Counted from the stretch's first letter, positions 10,183 through 19,742 are shown. The stretch is DNA of 53,999 nt from a virus (IMGVR_UViG_3300031519_000026:1-53999), one strand, 5' to 3'. Numbers and translations are program-made. Notes: generated by a model not told the origin, from the sequence alone.

Positions 10183-12294
10183 TTATTCGCTCACTATTGT
10201 TTTAATAATACCCCAGTTGTCGTCGAATTCAATATCAGTGTATGGTACTGATCCGAAGTCAGGCGAAGTAATAAAGATTGAAGGCTTTGTTCTATAACCA
10301 AGGCCCGAATTAGTTACGGTGATTGAAGAAACATCTCCGTTTGCAAGTATGTTAGCCGTTGCTGTAGCAGTTGTAGCGGTTGGTGCAGAAACATTTACTG
10401 CAGGTGTATTTGCATAAAATCTTCCGCCGTTTACTATAGTTACACTATCTATAATACCAGCGACAAGGTTTGGAGTCGCGGTTGCAGCAAATGCAGAAGC
10501 ACTACTATCTGGAGCATCAATAGTTACAATTGGAACAGTATTTCCATATTCTGCTCCGCCTTCAATAACATTAATGGCAGACACAGAACCATCAGTTACA
10601 ACTAAAGTTCCTGAAGGTAATGACTTATCAAAATCTTGTTGGAAGATACTACCCGTCTGAGGAGTAGTCGGAACAGTATACACATTACCATCTTCAGCGC
10701 TGTTAAATGTTTCTTGTACATCCCAAGTTACGTTGTCTATATAACCTCTGAAACTACGATTAGCTCCGTCAAATACAGACTCATTACCCTGCGCATCTCC
10801 CGCACGAATAAGGTGGCCTGGGAATAACACGTTACCAGAACCTTTAGTAGTAGTTGTACCTCTTACTCCGTTTATGTTAATTCTAATCTGCGCGCCAGAA
10901 TGTTCAACTTCAATATGATTCCACATATTAAGCATTAGGTTATTATTTGAGTTTACACTAGCACCACCACCGTATTGATATTTTACTTGACCATCATCTG
11001 AATTATAGAGTAATTTTATGAAAGGTGCGAATAGTAAAGAGAATGGATTACCGCCAGGAAACTCTGTAGGATAAATCCACAACTGTATTTTATAACCAGT
11101 TGCAGAATTAAATGTAGCGGCTGAAGTATGAAGAAGTGTAACATCCTCATAATCGTCATGGTTTAAAGCATCATCTCCAAACTTAAACAAAGGCGATTTA
11201 GAAGGAGGTGGACTTATAGTAAATGTCGGACTGTCGTAAAAGTTACCACCGTTTGTTACTGCTATAGCAGTAATTGCTCCATTTGCAGTACTTGCTGTGG
11301 CGGTTGCCGTTGCAGGAGTTGCATCTGGTAAAGGTATTGAGATAGTAGGAGTAGTTGAAAAATAACCGCCTCCTTGTGTTACACCGATATTTGTAATAAT
11401 ACCACTGCTTATAGTTGCAGTAAGTTGAGCGTTTGCTACATCAGGAGCTGCAATTGTTACTGTTGTATTTGCGTTGTACTGTTCACCAGAATTAGTAACT
11501 TTTATAGAACTTACAGTACCATTAACGAGACTTGCGACTGCTGTAGCTTGAGCACCGTCGACTGTAAGTGGTTCACCGTTAGCGCTTAGACCAGGTCTAA
11601 TATTAACACCTTCTAAGAAAGGAGCATTTTGATGAGTACCGTTGTGCATGTCAACATCTATAAACTTAATAACTTGTTTTCTTTTTTGCGGACCAAAGAA
11701 CCAACCTTTAAGAGTAAATGTGAGCGTATATAATATAGCTTGACGTTCTTCAAACGTGCCTTCATAAAGATCTTCAGTTGTTACACTTGTCATAACGATT
11801 GGAATATCTATTGGATCTATGTCTGGTATCATTTGTGCAGAAACTGTAAAATCTGGAGTAAAGAATGGGAGTATTTGTTCCATGATTTTAGTAGCATCTT
11901 CAGCATATTTAGTCATAATGTATAGAGAAAATTCTAAATTGTATGGAACTGGAGAATATATAAAATCTCTGCCGTCATCTGTTTCATCTTTATTTCGCTT
12001 AAGAAGTTTTTGTGTTGAACCGATTTTACGTGTAGAATCGTAAGCAAGGCTCGTCATTTCAAACGATAATCTTGGAAGAGTCATAGCGGGGCGACGACTG
12101 TTAATCAGGTCGGGATCTTGCCTAACACGAGAGAGTATTTTCTGAAATGGTGCATAAGATAATGGTACGATCATGTCTTTTTGCACGACTCCAGCATTGT
12201 CTTGTCTTTGAATTTTTATCTGATTAAACAGAGTTCCAAACAAAGCAACATATTTTCTCGTAGTTGAGTTATAGAAGTAATTTGCAATCGCCAT
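10183..12294 (-). CDS. gp15: Tail sheath stabiliser/tail completion protein carrying a ~430-aa repeat plus LamG-like insertion
   Basis: N-terminal YFY....RKYVALFG.LFN, VPL.YAP, LPR.SFE, PVPY, EQILPFF.P motifs; gp15-like C-terminal DDNWG; long internal insertion. Confidence 0.85.
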   Translation of the reverse strand: MAIANYFYNSTTRKYVALFGTLFNQIKIQRQDNAGVVQKDMIVPLSYAPFQKILSRVRQDPDLINSRRPAMTLPRLSFEMTSLAYDSTRKIGSTQKLLKRNKDETDDGRDFIYSPVPYNLEFSLYIMTKYAEDATKIMEQILPFFTPDFTVSAQMIPDIDPIDIPIVMTSVTTEDLYEGTFEERQAILYTLTFTLKGWFFGPQKRKQVIKFIDVDMHNGTHQNAPFLEGVNIRPGLSANGEPLTVDGAQATAVASLVNGTVSSIKVTNSGEQYNANTTVTIAAPDVANAQLTATISSGIITNIGVTQGGGYFSTTPTISIPLPDATPATATATASTANGAITAIAVTNGGNFYDSPTFTISPPPSKSPLFKFGDDALNHDDYEDVTLLHTSAATFNSATGYKIQLWIYPTEFPGGNPFSLLFAPFIKLLYNSDDGQVKYQYGGGASVNSNNNLMLNMWNHIEVEHSGAQIRININGVRGTTTTKGSGNVLFPGHLIRAGDAQGNESVFDGANRSFRGYIDNVTWDVQETFNSAEDGNVYTVPTTPQTGSIFQQDFDKSLPSGTLVVTDGSVSAINVIEGGAEYGNTVPIVTIDAPDSSASAFAATATPNLVAGIIDSVTIVNGGRFYANTPAVNVSAPTATTATATANILANGDVSSITVTNSGLGYRTKPSIFITSPDFGSVPYTDIEFDDNWGIIKTIVSE

Positions 12295-12295
12295 G

Positions 12296-12976
12296 CTATG
12301 AATCCTGTATTGAAATGTTTTCGCTGAATGGGTCCATTTCAGAGAAATCTAAGATATCGTCTCCTTGAGTTTCAAAGAATACGTTTTGTGCAATTGGATC
12401 TGTGTTTGCCAATGCTGTAAGAGTAGTAACTGTGTTTGCTGAAGTATCAATATCCGCGAAGTAGTTATCTATCTCGTAATAACCTGTGTTAAACGTTTCA
12501 CCAGAGTATTCAGCAAGTTCACAACGCATGTCATACACTTGAAGTGATCCAGATTGATAGAATATGCTTTCGTGCTCAACATGTTGGATCTTGTACATCT
12601 TACCATTTAACGGCAAGAATATCATTTCACCTTCCAATGGTCTTAATCTAGTGTCTTTTTCTCGTGTCACAAATCGTTCAAAAGTTCTTATTGCTACTGT
12701 AAACGTAATAGAGTCACGAATTTGAAGACCAAACTTACTTAAGAAGTCACCTTCACCTTCAAATCCATCTACGTTCTTAATATAAACCTCGAAGTCATAG
12801 TAGTTATCGAATACTGGTAGATCGTCTTCGTTTAAAATCTGGTCGACATTAGAATGCAATCTCGTAACATACTTGACGTCGAGACCGTAGATCTGAATTG
12901 ATTCAATTACTAAATCATCAATTAAGTTCTGTTCGTATGTGTTATCAATATTTCTGAAGAATGCATTAGTTGCCAT
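12296..12976 (-). CDS. gp14: Neck protein
   Basis: EQNL..DL..ESIQ.YG.DV.Y, GFEGEG...SKFGL, RP.EG..I..P, DFSE.DPF motifs. Confidence 0.92.
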   Translation of the reverse strand: MATNAFFRNIDNTYEQNLIDDLVIESIQIYGLDVKYVTRLHSNVDQILNEDDLPVFDNYYDFEVYIKNVDGFEGEGDFLSKFGLQIRDSITFTVAIRTFERFVTREKDTRLRPLEGEMIFLPLNGKMYKIQHVEHESIFYQSGSLQVYDMRCELAEYSGETFNTGYYEIDNYFADIDTSANTVTTLTALANTDPIAQNVFFETQGDDILDFSEMDPFSENISIQDS

Positions 12977-12979
12977 GAT

Positions 12980-13723
12980 TTATCCAATGAAGTTATAGGT
13001 GAGTGGTTGCAATGAGCGTATTGCGTCCTCTTCCATCTGCTGACGTTCCGCCCTAGCCTCAGATAAGATTTGTTCTCCGTTAAACGATACACCGCCTACT
13101 AACTGCATGTTTGTGAACTTAGTTAGGTTTAATCCCCATTGTTCTCTTACTAAAACTGCAGCGTAGTTTTGTAACCAACGATCTGTCCAGACGTCTGCGT
13201 ATTCGTCAGGATCAATAATATCGTATGCTTCGATAACTATATAATTACCCACTACCCAGCTTTTTGTATCTGTATCAATATGCAGTTTATTAACGTGTTT
13301 GTTGTAACGTATTTGCGGTTTACCTACAAGTATTTCCTGCATAAATTCGATGTGCTGCATAGTCATGTAATAGTTCTGCATGCTATAACTAGTCATATCC
13401 TGGACGTTATTCAATACAAACTGATAACTAACATTAAACATGCCTGTACCAGTAGAAATAGAAGTATCGAAAGAGAAAATCTTTGAGATACCTAGTAGTT
13501 TAGCTGGTAACGGAACCCACCCTCTATCTTTATCTTCTTGAGTAAGTTGATGTTTGAGATAAATTAATTGAGAACCGTTATAGTGATAATCTCTCCAAAA
13601 AGAAACCGCCTCGTCTACACGATCTTCTATCTGTTCTTCTGACACGTTGATTTGAATAACCGGTGCGCCGATTTTTCGTAAGATATAGTCTTGGAATTCT
13701 TCTTTTGACTGTGGTTGCGCCAT
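12980..13723 (-). CDS. gp13: Neck protein
   Basis: YILR..GAPVI.INV..EQ..D, WL..YA....REQWG.NL.KF...QL.GGV..NG motifs. Confidence 0.92.
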   Translation of the reverse strand: MAQPQSKEEFQDYILRKIGAPVIQINVSEEQIEDRVDEAVSFWRDYHYNGSQLIYLKHQLTQEDKDRGWVPLPAKLLGISKIFSFDTSISTGTGMFNVSYQFVLNNVQDMTSYSMQNYYMTMQHIEFMQEILVGKPQIRYNKHVNKLHIDTDTKSWVVGNYIVIEAYDIIDPDEYADVWTDRWLQNYAAVLVREQWGLNLTKFTNMQLVGGVSFNGEQILSEARAERQQMEEDAIRSLQPLTYNFIG

Positions 13724-13733
13724 TGGTTTCTCC

Positions 13734-14066
13734 TTACGCCAGCTCTTCTTTAATGATTACTTTAATGTAACCAGAGTTTGGAAAACTCTCGATCTGACCG
13801 TTGTTGTATGTAACCTGAAATTCCGCGTTATGAATACCAGTATTTGAAGTATTACCAGTTTGCCAAGTGTATGATACAATTCCTTTAGTAGCATTGACTA
13901 TAGCGCCAGTACCCAAATTAATTACATTAACACCTTCGTCTGTCGACATGTTAAATCTTATTTGTGAAGCTTCAATTAGTGATTTTGCTCTGCCTGTAGA
14001 ATCAGTAAGAACCGCTTCAAGTGCTGGCGCAGTATCGTTTTGTTTTATATAAAAGTTAGCTGCCAT
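13734..14066 (-). CDS. Small Ig-like/BppU N-terminal-like virion protein
   Basis: FYIKQNDT.P.L...L, G.V.Y.W..G.T...G...AEF.VTY..G..E.FP pattern. Confidence 0.6.
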   Translation of the reverse strand: MAANFYIKQNDTAPALEAVLTDSTGRAKSLIEASQIRFNMSTDEGVNVINLGTGAIVNATKGIVSYTWQTGNTSNTGIHNAEFQVTYNNGQIESFPNSGYIKVIIKEELA

Positions 14067-14105
14067 TTGTTCTCTCCAAGTATTTACTCTTATTTATTAA
14101 AACCG

Positions 14106-14687
14106 TCATCGTACTTCTGCGTATGTTATGCCAGAATTTCTTATCTTAACGTCGTTTGGTTCTTGCTTTATTACTATTTCATTCGACGCAAATCTAGTTA
14201 ATTCTGCATCGTTTGAGCCGAATCTTGATTTATTAAGTAAGTCGTAGTTTTGTCCAATTCCGTTTAATACGAAACCAAACGCTGTTGCACCATCCAACGT
14301 AGAAAACTGAGCCATAGTTCCTGAGAACGATATTTCAAGTGTTGGAGTCGAGATACCAGATACGGGTACAAGTCCAGTAGAAGATGCAGTAAAGTTAATT
14401 TCATTATTACTAGAATACAAATAACTTTGTACGCCGAACTCTATGCGAGCCGACTGATTTAAGCTAAAGTCTATTGTACCAGAAAATTCACCATATACAG
14501 TAGGTGTTACGATACCAGCTGCAACATCAAATGTCAACGTTTGATTTAATTCAGCGTAAACTGGATTAAAGACGTCAGATGATAAGCTCAAATCGAAAAC
14601 GCTAGAAGCTACTCCTTCGATGGTTGAATAACCACCTCCAAAGAAACTAATATCTAATGTTGATGTGAATACGCCATTTGCGGACAT
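14106..14687 (-). CDS. Hypothetical beta-rich protein, probably structural
   Basis: 193-aa ORF rich in S/T/F/G, in late operon, with RBS. Confidence 0.55.
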   Translation of the reverse strand: MSANGVFTSTLDISFFGGGYSTIEGVASSVFDLSLSSDVFNPVYAELNQTLTFDVAAGIVTPTVYGEFSGTIDFSLNQSARIEFGVQSYLYSSNNEINFTASSTGLVPVSGISTPTLEISFSGTMAQFSTLDGATAFGFVLNGIGQNYDLLNKSRFGSNDAELTRFASNEIVIKQEPNDVKIRNSGITYAEVR

Positions 14688-14699
14688 TTAGTAAGTCCT

Positions 14700-15107
14700 T
14701 TATGCGCCACCAGCAGTAATTGTAAAAGTAGTGATTGTGATCTGCTGACCTATGGCAATGTTAGTGTTATCTAATTGCATATCACCGCCAGCTCCAGATG
14801 CAGTAATTGTACCCTGCATATGACAAACTGTTCCATCGTTTTGGTGAATTCTAAAATAACCAGCAGTACCAGAAGCATCTGCAGATAGATCTTGCCAACT
14901 GCCAGACAACTGGATCACTCCACCCGAAGGCGCTGAAAGCCAATCTGTAGGTAGTACCATGGTAGCTACAATGCTACCTGTGTTAGCACTTGCGCATTCT
15001 GCTGGTGCAGAACCGGTTGCGATTGTTAAGATAGGGTTTGCTGCTATTGTAGTCTCTAGTGACTGGAGCGTACCATTTCTGGCGCCAGGTGATAACTGAA
15101 ATGCCAT
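14700..15107 (-). CDS. Putative virion structural protein
   Basis: 135-aa ORF with A..SGTAGYFRI....G....QG.....GGD..LDN..IA.GQ pattern seen in phage structural proteins; GGAG RBS; late promoter upstream. Confidence 0.6.
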   Translation of the reverse strand: MAFQLSPGARNGTLQSLETTIAANPILTIATGSAPAECASANTGSIVATMVLPTDWLSAPSGGVIQLSGSWQDLSADASGTAGYFRIHQNDGTVCHMQGTITASGAGGDMQLDNTNIAIGQQITITTFTITAGGA

Positions 15108-15138
15108 CTTTCTCTCCTTTGTTTCAACTTATTTCTAT

Positions 15139-15146
15139 TATTTATA
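15139..15146 (-). promoter_or_regulatory. T4-type late promoter
   Basis: TATAAATA on - strand upstream of the ORF starting at 15107. Confidence 0.75.
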
Positions 15147-15155
15147 AGAAAACGG

Positions 15156-15184
15156 TTGACACTTCCAGGGAGGCACGGTAGAAT
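15156..15184 (+). promoter_or_regulatory. Near-consensus sigma70/early-type promoter with no downstream sense gene
   Basis: TTGACA-17 nt-TAGAAT with an A-rich upstream tract. Confidence 0.55.
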
Positions 15185-15205
15185 AGTCTTATCTACTATA
15201 AAATA

Positions 15206-15958
15206 TTATCTTCTTTCAATATCTTCTTCTGAGAGCGTATCTCCCATCCATACTTCTATGACTTTAACTGGGCGATCGCCAACATTTGTTGCGTGATGCC
15301 AACATTTAGTAGGAATGTCAATACTATCACCGGTCTTATAGACTTTAGATGTAGAGTAATCATTCGTAAATTCTAAATCCATTTTCAATTCACCATCAAC
15401 GATATGCCAATGTTCAGATCTAACAAAATGGCGTTGATCTGATAATGATTTACCAACATCAATTGATAATTCTTTAACTTTCCAATGTCCATTCTGATCC
15501 AATTCTCTGTACTTACCCCAGAGTCTACTCGTCGTGGGCTTGTCCCACTCATTTAAAATCCAAGAAGAACTATTCTTTTTATCTTCGCCTCCAACACCAA
15601 ATACAAAGTTAACATCGTCAAAAACCATTTCTGGAATGTTATCTGATGTTCTGTCCCCACCGTTAGCAAATACAATATTACTATTCCCAGGAGCCTGCTT
15701 CTTTACATATTCAATAGCACAAATTGCAGTATCGTCGTCGTCATTAAAAGTAAATACGTGACCGACACAACCGATCTCTTTAATGATAGCCATACGTTCT
15801 TCAACAGACATAAATGGTCTACCCTTTTTACGAGTTAACCATTCGTCACTATTAACACCAACAAATAGAATAGAACCAAGTTCTTTAGCTGCTTTAAAAT
15901 AAGCGATATGACCTGAGTGTAAAGGGTCAAATCCGCCCGTGACAATTACTGGTTTCAT
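15206..15958 (-). CDS. Cytidylyltransferase-like (HxGH) domain fused to a cupin of mannose-6-phosphate isomerase type II C-terminal type
   Basis: TGGFDPLHSGH, GVNSDEWL.RKKG, ANGGDR, GG..K.NSSS; C-terminal R.WG.Y, LS.Q.H..RSEHW, IP...WH, IEVW.G..L.EEDIER; start moved to the ATG after GGAG RBS. Confidence 0.85.
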   Translation of the reverse strand: MKPVIVTGGFDPLHSGHIAYFKAAKELGSILFVGVNSDEWLTRKKGRPFMSVEERMAIIKEIGCVGHVFTFNDDDDTAICAIEYVKKQAPGNSNIVFANGGDRTSDNIPEMVFDDVNFVFGVGGEDKKNSSSWILNEWDKPTTSRLWGKYRELDQNGHWKVKELSIDVGKSLSDQRHFVRSEHWHIVDGELKMDLEFTNDYSTSKVYKTGDSIDIPTKCWHHATNVGDRPVKVIEVWMGDTLSEEDIERR

Positions 15959-17187
15959 GTTCTCTCCTTCATAAAGTAGTTCCATGCAAAGTTAATTTGA
16001 TTTTTAGACTTCATACTATTGTTTATCAAAGCTGGATGAACCCACCAATCTTCATACGGTTGCTCTTCTGAGACTGCAACATCTGGTACAAATAGTACAT
16101 AACCAAGATTTCTAATAAAATCTCTACTTGCATCTCTAACTTCATTACCCCACCAACACGAATTATGTTGGAACTGAAAGACGTTAAACTCGTACTTATG
16201 AAACGGTATAGATTTGAGCACATTGTAAGATGAAGTATCAGAGTTAATTCTTAGAAAATCTACTCGTTGTTCAATACAATTCTGCTTGAATAGTTCAGAG
16301 TAATCTATCTTCGTAGCATCAGCAAGAATAATATTAGTCTTTCTTTCTCTGCTAAATTGCGCACACATTCTTTCTGACCATTCTACAGATAGACCTTTCC
16401 AACCAAAATCTTTTTCTAAAAGATAAGTGTTATTAAAGAGTGTTGGATGTCCTGAGCCTATTTCAACGAATGATCCATCTCTTTTACCATTCAGTAAAGA
16501 AAGAACAAACATATCTTGGAAGTGGCGTGAATAGTTTTTTACTACTGTATCTAAACCATCGAACTTATATCTGTATTTATGTTTTTCGTTTTGAGTATAA
16601 GGGAGTGTGCTAGGGTAACCAACTTGCTCAATCCACCAATCAACACTTTTAGACATTTCATCAGGCATATCTAATTTGCGTTTGTGTTTTAAATCAAAGA
16701 ACAGATTTTTAGAGTCATCACGTCCATCTGATTTCCATTTAGCAATTGCATAACAATATTCTAAACCTACTGGTCCTGGATAGTCTAATTCTTCGTTTGG
16801 TTCAACGTCTTCACAATCTTTACCCATCTTAGCATACATTATTGCGTTACGAAAATTGCTTTGATCTATTGAATATTTAGCAGCCCAGTAATATGCTTCA
16901 GGTCTCGCAGGGAGAACAGTAATAGCAGATTTAATAAGGCCTTTCACTGTTTGTGTTCTGGCCTCTGATCTTGCAAATATTGCTGCACCAAGCACCATAC
17001 ATTTATATTGTAGTTCTTTTTCCTCGTAAGTTTCACCTTTACAGAAATCAGCAGCTCTTAAATACCAACCAAATGCTGCAGCGCCTTGCTTAAGTTTATC
17101 GTATTCTTTAGCAAGTTCAAACATTTTAAATGGGTTGTTGTAGTCTAAAACAACATCATTCAGAACTTTCATATTTTTAAATTTCAT
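15955..17187 (-). CDS. TPR-like N-terminal region fused to an FkbM-like SAM methyltransferase
   Basis: Helical N-half with P.RPEAYY; C-half YS...QD.FV.....KRDG.FVEIGSG.P...NNTYLLE..FGWKG..VE. Confidence 0.7.
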   Translation of the reverse strand: MKFKNMKVLNDVVLDYNNPFKMFELAKEYDKLKQGAAAFGWYLRAADFCKGETYEEKELQYKCMVLGAAIFARSEARTQTVKGLIKSAITVLPARPEAYYWAAKYSIDQSNFRNAIMYAKMGKDCEDVEPNEELDYPGPVGLEYCYAIAKWKSDGRDDSKNLFFDLKHKRKLDMPDEMSKSVDWWIEQVGYPSTLPYTQNEKHKYRYKFDGLDTVVKNYSRHFQDMFVLSLLNGKRDGSFVEIGSGHPTLFNNTYLLEKDFGWKGLSVEWSERMCAQFSRERKTNIILADATKIDYSELFKQNCIEQRVDFLRINSDTSSYNVLKSIPFHKYEFNVFQFQHNSCWWGNEVRDASRDFIRNLGYVLFVPDVAVSEEQPYEDWWVHPALINNSMKSKNQINFAWNYFMKERT

Positions 17188-17190
17188 AAT

Positions 17191-18225
17191 CTATTCTCCA
17201 TAAAGAAAATTAGCAAACACATTTTGAGGCATACGTAATATATATGAAGCATTGTCTTGCCACCCGTATGAGATGAGAATATCATTGCCGTACATAGTTG
17301 CACCGGTCACAAATTCAATATTATAATCTTGAGCTTTAACATGATCGTAATATGTTCCCATAAAGTGAAACTCTTTTGATTTATGAACAATATTCCAATC
17401 ATTATCCCACACGATTATTCTATGAGCGTAGTTACCATCTTTACGCCCAAACGGATCTCTTAGTAGATTTGTTTCGTGTACGAATGCCATTCTTTGATGC
17501 TCGTTAATACGAATTACTTGTGACCCGCCTCTAAAATCTTTGTTAGCTTCTACAAATTTACTTGCATCGTAAATAGCATCTTCTGTCGTACCGTTCTCTA
17601 TGTCGAATTTGATAACTTGTGTTGGGTTCGTCCACTTAACAAAATGATAAGGCATGTCAAGTATTGGCATCCAATTCTTTTCACAATAAGAACCATCATC
17701 TCCTGGAGCTGGAATAGGATGGCGGGATAATTCTGTCCATTCACCGTTAACAAATTCGATATTAGCCATTTCCATACGACCTTTACCTTTAGCATCATAA
17801 CAATCACGACGCACACCGCAAAGAAACAGTTTATCATCCCAACTAAAGAGTCTTGCATCTTCAAGACCGATAAAGTTCCATGTTGGTTCTGTATCCAAAA
17901 CCATGTTAACTCTTTGAGCGTTTATCATATTCATATTTTTGTCAAGCTCGCACATCACGTTATGAGTTCGCAATGTAACATCAGTTTCTGGATGTATGTA
18001 CACTAACGGACCCCACTGATGAGGAAACTGTTTGCCTTCTGAATGGTATAGGTAATAGTTAACGTGGCGTACGTTAACGAGTAATTTTCCGTTGTGTTGG
18101 AAAATCGATGGGTTCATTATACCTGTTTCGTTCCCTAGAACTTCAGTTGGTATACAAATTGGGTGTAATGAACCACCTCTTTTGAGTGCGTAATTAGCTA
18201 ATCCGCCTGTGTGCAAATCGTGCAT
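17191..18225 (-). CDS. Five-bladed beta-propeller glycosidase/phosphorylase-like protein (GH130/GH43-like)
   Basis: NPSI, GLEDARLF, EKNW.P, RGGS, IEF..G, ISYG..D motifs. Confidence 0.65.
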   Translation of the reverse strand: MHDLHTGGLANYALKRGGSLHPICIPTEVLGNETGIMNPSIFQHNGKLLVNVRHVNYYLYHSEGKQFPHQWGPLVYIHPETDVTLRTHNVMCELDKNMNMINAQRVNMVLDTEPTWNFIGLEDARLFSWDDKLFLCGVRRDCYDAKGKGRMEMANIEFVNGEWTELSRHPIPAPGDDGSYCEKNWMPILDMPYHFVKWTNPTQVIKFDIENGTTEDAIYDASKFVEANKDFRGGSQVIRINEHQRMAFVHETNLLRDPFGRKDGNYAHRIIVWDNDWNIVHKSKEFHFMGTYYDHVKAQDYNIEFVTGATMYGNDILISYGWQDNASYILRMPQNVFANFLYGE

Positions 18226-18267
18226 AGTATCTCCATAATGTAAAACTATAACAAAGTATAGATGATC

Positions 18268-18603
18268 TTACCAATCTGGTTTGATCTCAGTCATAGTATT
18301 TTGTTGAACTTTGTTAGCTAGAATTCTATTTATAGCAACAACATCAGTAGCAGATAAAGACTCTTCTATCCAAGCAACGACATTAGCTTTTGTCACATCA
18401 TCTAACGCTACAAAATCTGCAGCAGAAGTATCTGCAACTGCAGAGCTAAGATCAGTCTTTCCTACGTAACTAGCGACAGAACCGCCATCGCTAGTTGCTA
18501 TTTTTCTCCACTTAACTTGAATAATAGCATCAGAAAGATTCTCTCCATCTGAGTTGGTTTGGTCTAATGTTCCAAGTCTTAAAATTTCCCAAGTGTAAGT
18601 CAT
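18268..18603 (-). CDS. Small conserved phage protein, paralog of 18618-19004
   Basis: YTW.I..L, D.....V.W, F.....T...V..WI pattern common near tail-fibre genes. Confidence 0.65.
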   Translation of the reverse strand: MTYTWEILRLGTLDQTNSDGENLSDAIIQVKWRKIATSDGGSVASYVGKTDLSSAVADTSAADFVALDDVTKANVVAWIEESLSATDVVAINRILANKVQQNTMTEIKPDW

Positions 18604-18617
18604 GTCTATCTTTCTTA

Positions 18618-19004
18618 TTAAAGATCTTCGGGAGCAGGAGCTGCTTCACCCCAAGGTAAGTCTGCACCAGTTTTTTCCGTTACAACTTCTGTTTCTTCTT
18701 TGATACTGTTTAACAGTACTTCATCGATGTGTGCTTTATAAGTTGGATCGTTGTTAATAACATTCTGAATCCAACCGATTACTGTTGCCTCTTCTAATGT
18801 TTCAAAAGCAGTGAATGATCCAGCAGGTACATTAGCAGCTGTGAATGGTGTTGCTCCTGTCCATTTAGCAGAATTTCCATTCTCGTCTGTACCAGTAATA
18901 TCCCAATATGTTTGAACAACAGCGTTAGTTAAAGTAACTCCCTCGCTATTGACTTCGTCTTTAACCTTTAGGTTTCTGACTGCATAAGTGTACGTAAGTG
19001 CCAT
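18618..19004 (-). CDS. Small conserved phage protein, paralog of 18268-18603
   Basis: LTYTY, NSEG..L..AVVQ..W, F..F..L.E.TV.GWI, terminal LPW. Confidence 0.65.
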   Translation of the reverse strand: MALTYTYAVRNLKVKDEVNSEGVTLTNAVVQTYWDITGTDENGNSAKWTGATPFTAANVPAGSFTAFETLEEATVIGWIQNVINNDPTYKAHIDEVLLNSIKEETEVVTEKTGADLPWGEAAPAPEDL

Positions 19005-19070
19005 TTTTAAATCTCCGTTATTTTTATGTTTGGTACTCTATTTATGAGCACTCTATTATAATTATATATC

Positions 19071-19078
19071 TATTTATA
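19071..19078 (-). promoter_or_regulatory. T4-type late promoter
   Basis: TATAAATA on - strand ahead of the 19004-15206 gene run. Confidence 0.7.
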
Positions 19079-19080
19079 CA

Positions 19081-19641
19081 TTAACCTCTGTACAAATATA
19101 GATCTACTGGTACACAAATCCTTAAGTTGGAATAGTAAGGATTAACATGGTGATACGTGAAGCTAGGAAAAATCATATAATCACCAGTTCTAGGAGTAAT
19201 AGAAACTCTGTCAAACATAGAATTAAACCAATCATCATATCCACGGTTAGCGTTTGTCCTTGGATCTGAAAAAACTATATCACCGCCCGAGTTTTGATCT
19301 TCAGCCATTATATAAAATACACCAGATAAATGAGCACCAGAATGATTATGAATAGTCATATTGTAATCTTTACTGTGACCTGTGATCCAGGCTTTCATTT
19401 CGTGGCTAGAAAAATCTTCTATTGTTTTGCCTATAGTCTCAGTAAGATATTTATTAAAGGCCTCGTGAACAAAGCTTTTAAACTTAGTCATGGGTTCAGA
19501 GTCATCTTTAAATATGTTTCCTCCGTCTACCTCACCTTGCAAATTATTTAAGTCATATGTAGTAAAAACGTGCTGAATTAATCCTTCAGTTTCAAACGTG
19601 CCTTGACCAACCTGCGTAGGCCAAAATTTATGAATTTCCAT
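19081..19641 (-). CDS. Putative 2OG-Fe(II) oxygenase (TIGR02466-like)
   Basis: H.H....LSGVFY, G.I.F.DPR, P..G...IFPS...H.V.P, R motifs; start chosen after GGGAG RBS. Confidence 0.8.
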   Translation of the reverse strand: MEIHKFWPTQVGQGTFETEGLIQHVFTTYDLNNLQGEVDGGNIFKDDSEPMTKFKSFVHEAFNKYLTETIGKTIEDFSSHEMKAWITGHSKDYNMTIHNHSGAHLSGVFYIMAEDQNSGGDIVFSDPRTNANRGYDDWFNSMFDRVSITPRTGDYMIFPSFTYHHVNPYYSNLRICVPVDLYLYRG

Positions 19642-19669
19642 ATAAAAAACTCCCATAATGTAATAACTT

Positions 19670-19677
19670 TATTTATA
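19670..19677 (-). promoter_or_regulatory. T4-type late promoter
   Basis: TATAAATA on - strand ahead of the oxygenase. Confidence 0.7.
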
Positions 19678-19680
19678 ACC

Positions 19681-19710
19681 GTTTACAAGGCCCCCTAAAT
19701 AGCGTATAAA
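19681..19710 (+). promoter_or_regulatory. Early-type (T4 early/sigma70) promoter
   Basis: GTTTACA-17 nt-TATAAA upstream of a small ORF with AAGGA RBS. Confidence 0.55.
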
Positions 19711-19742
19711 GGTTATAGAAGCTAAAACAAAAGGAATCAGTT

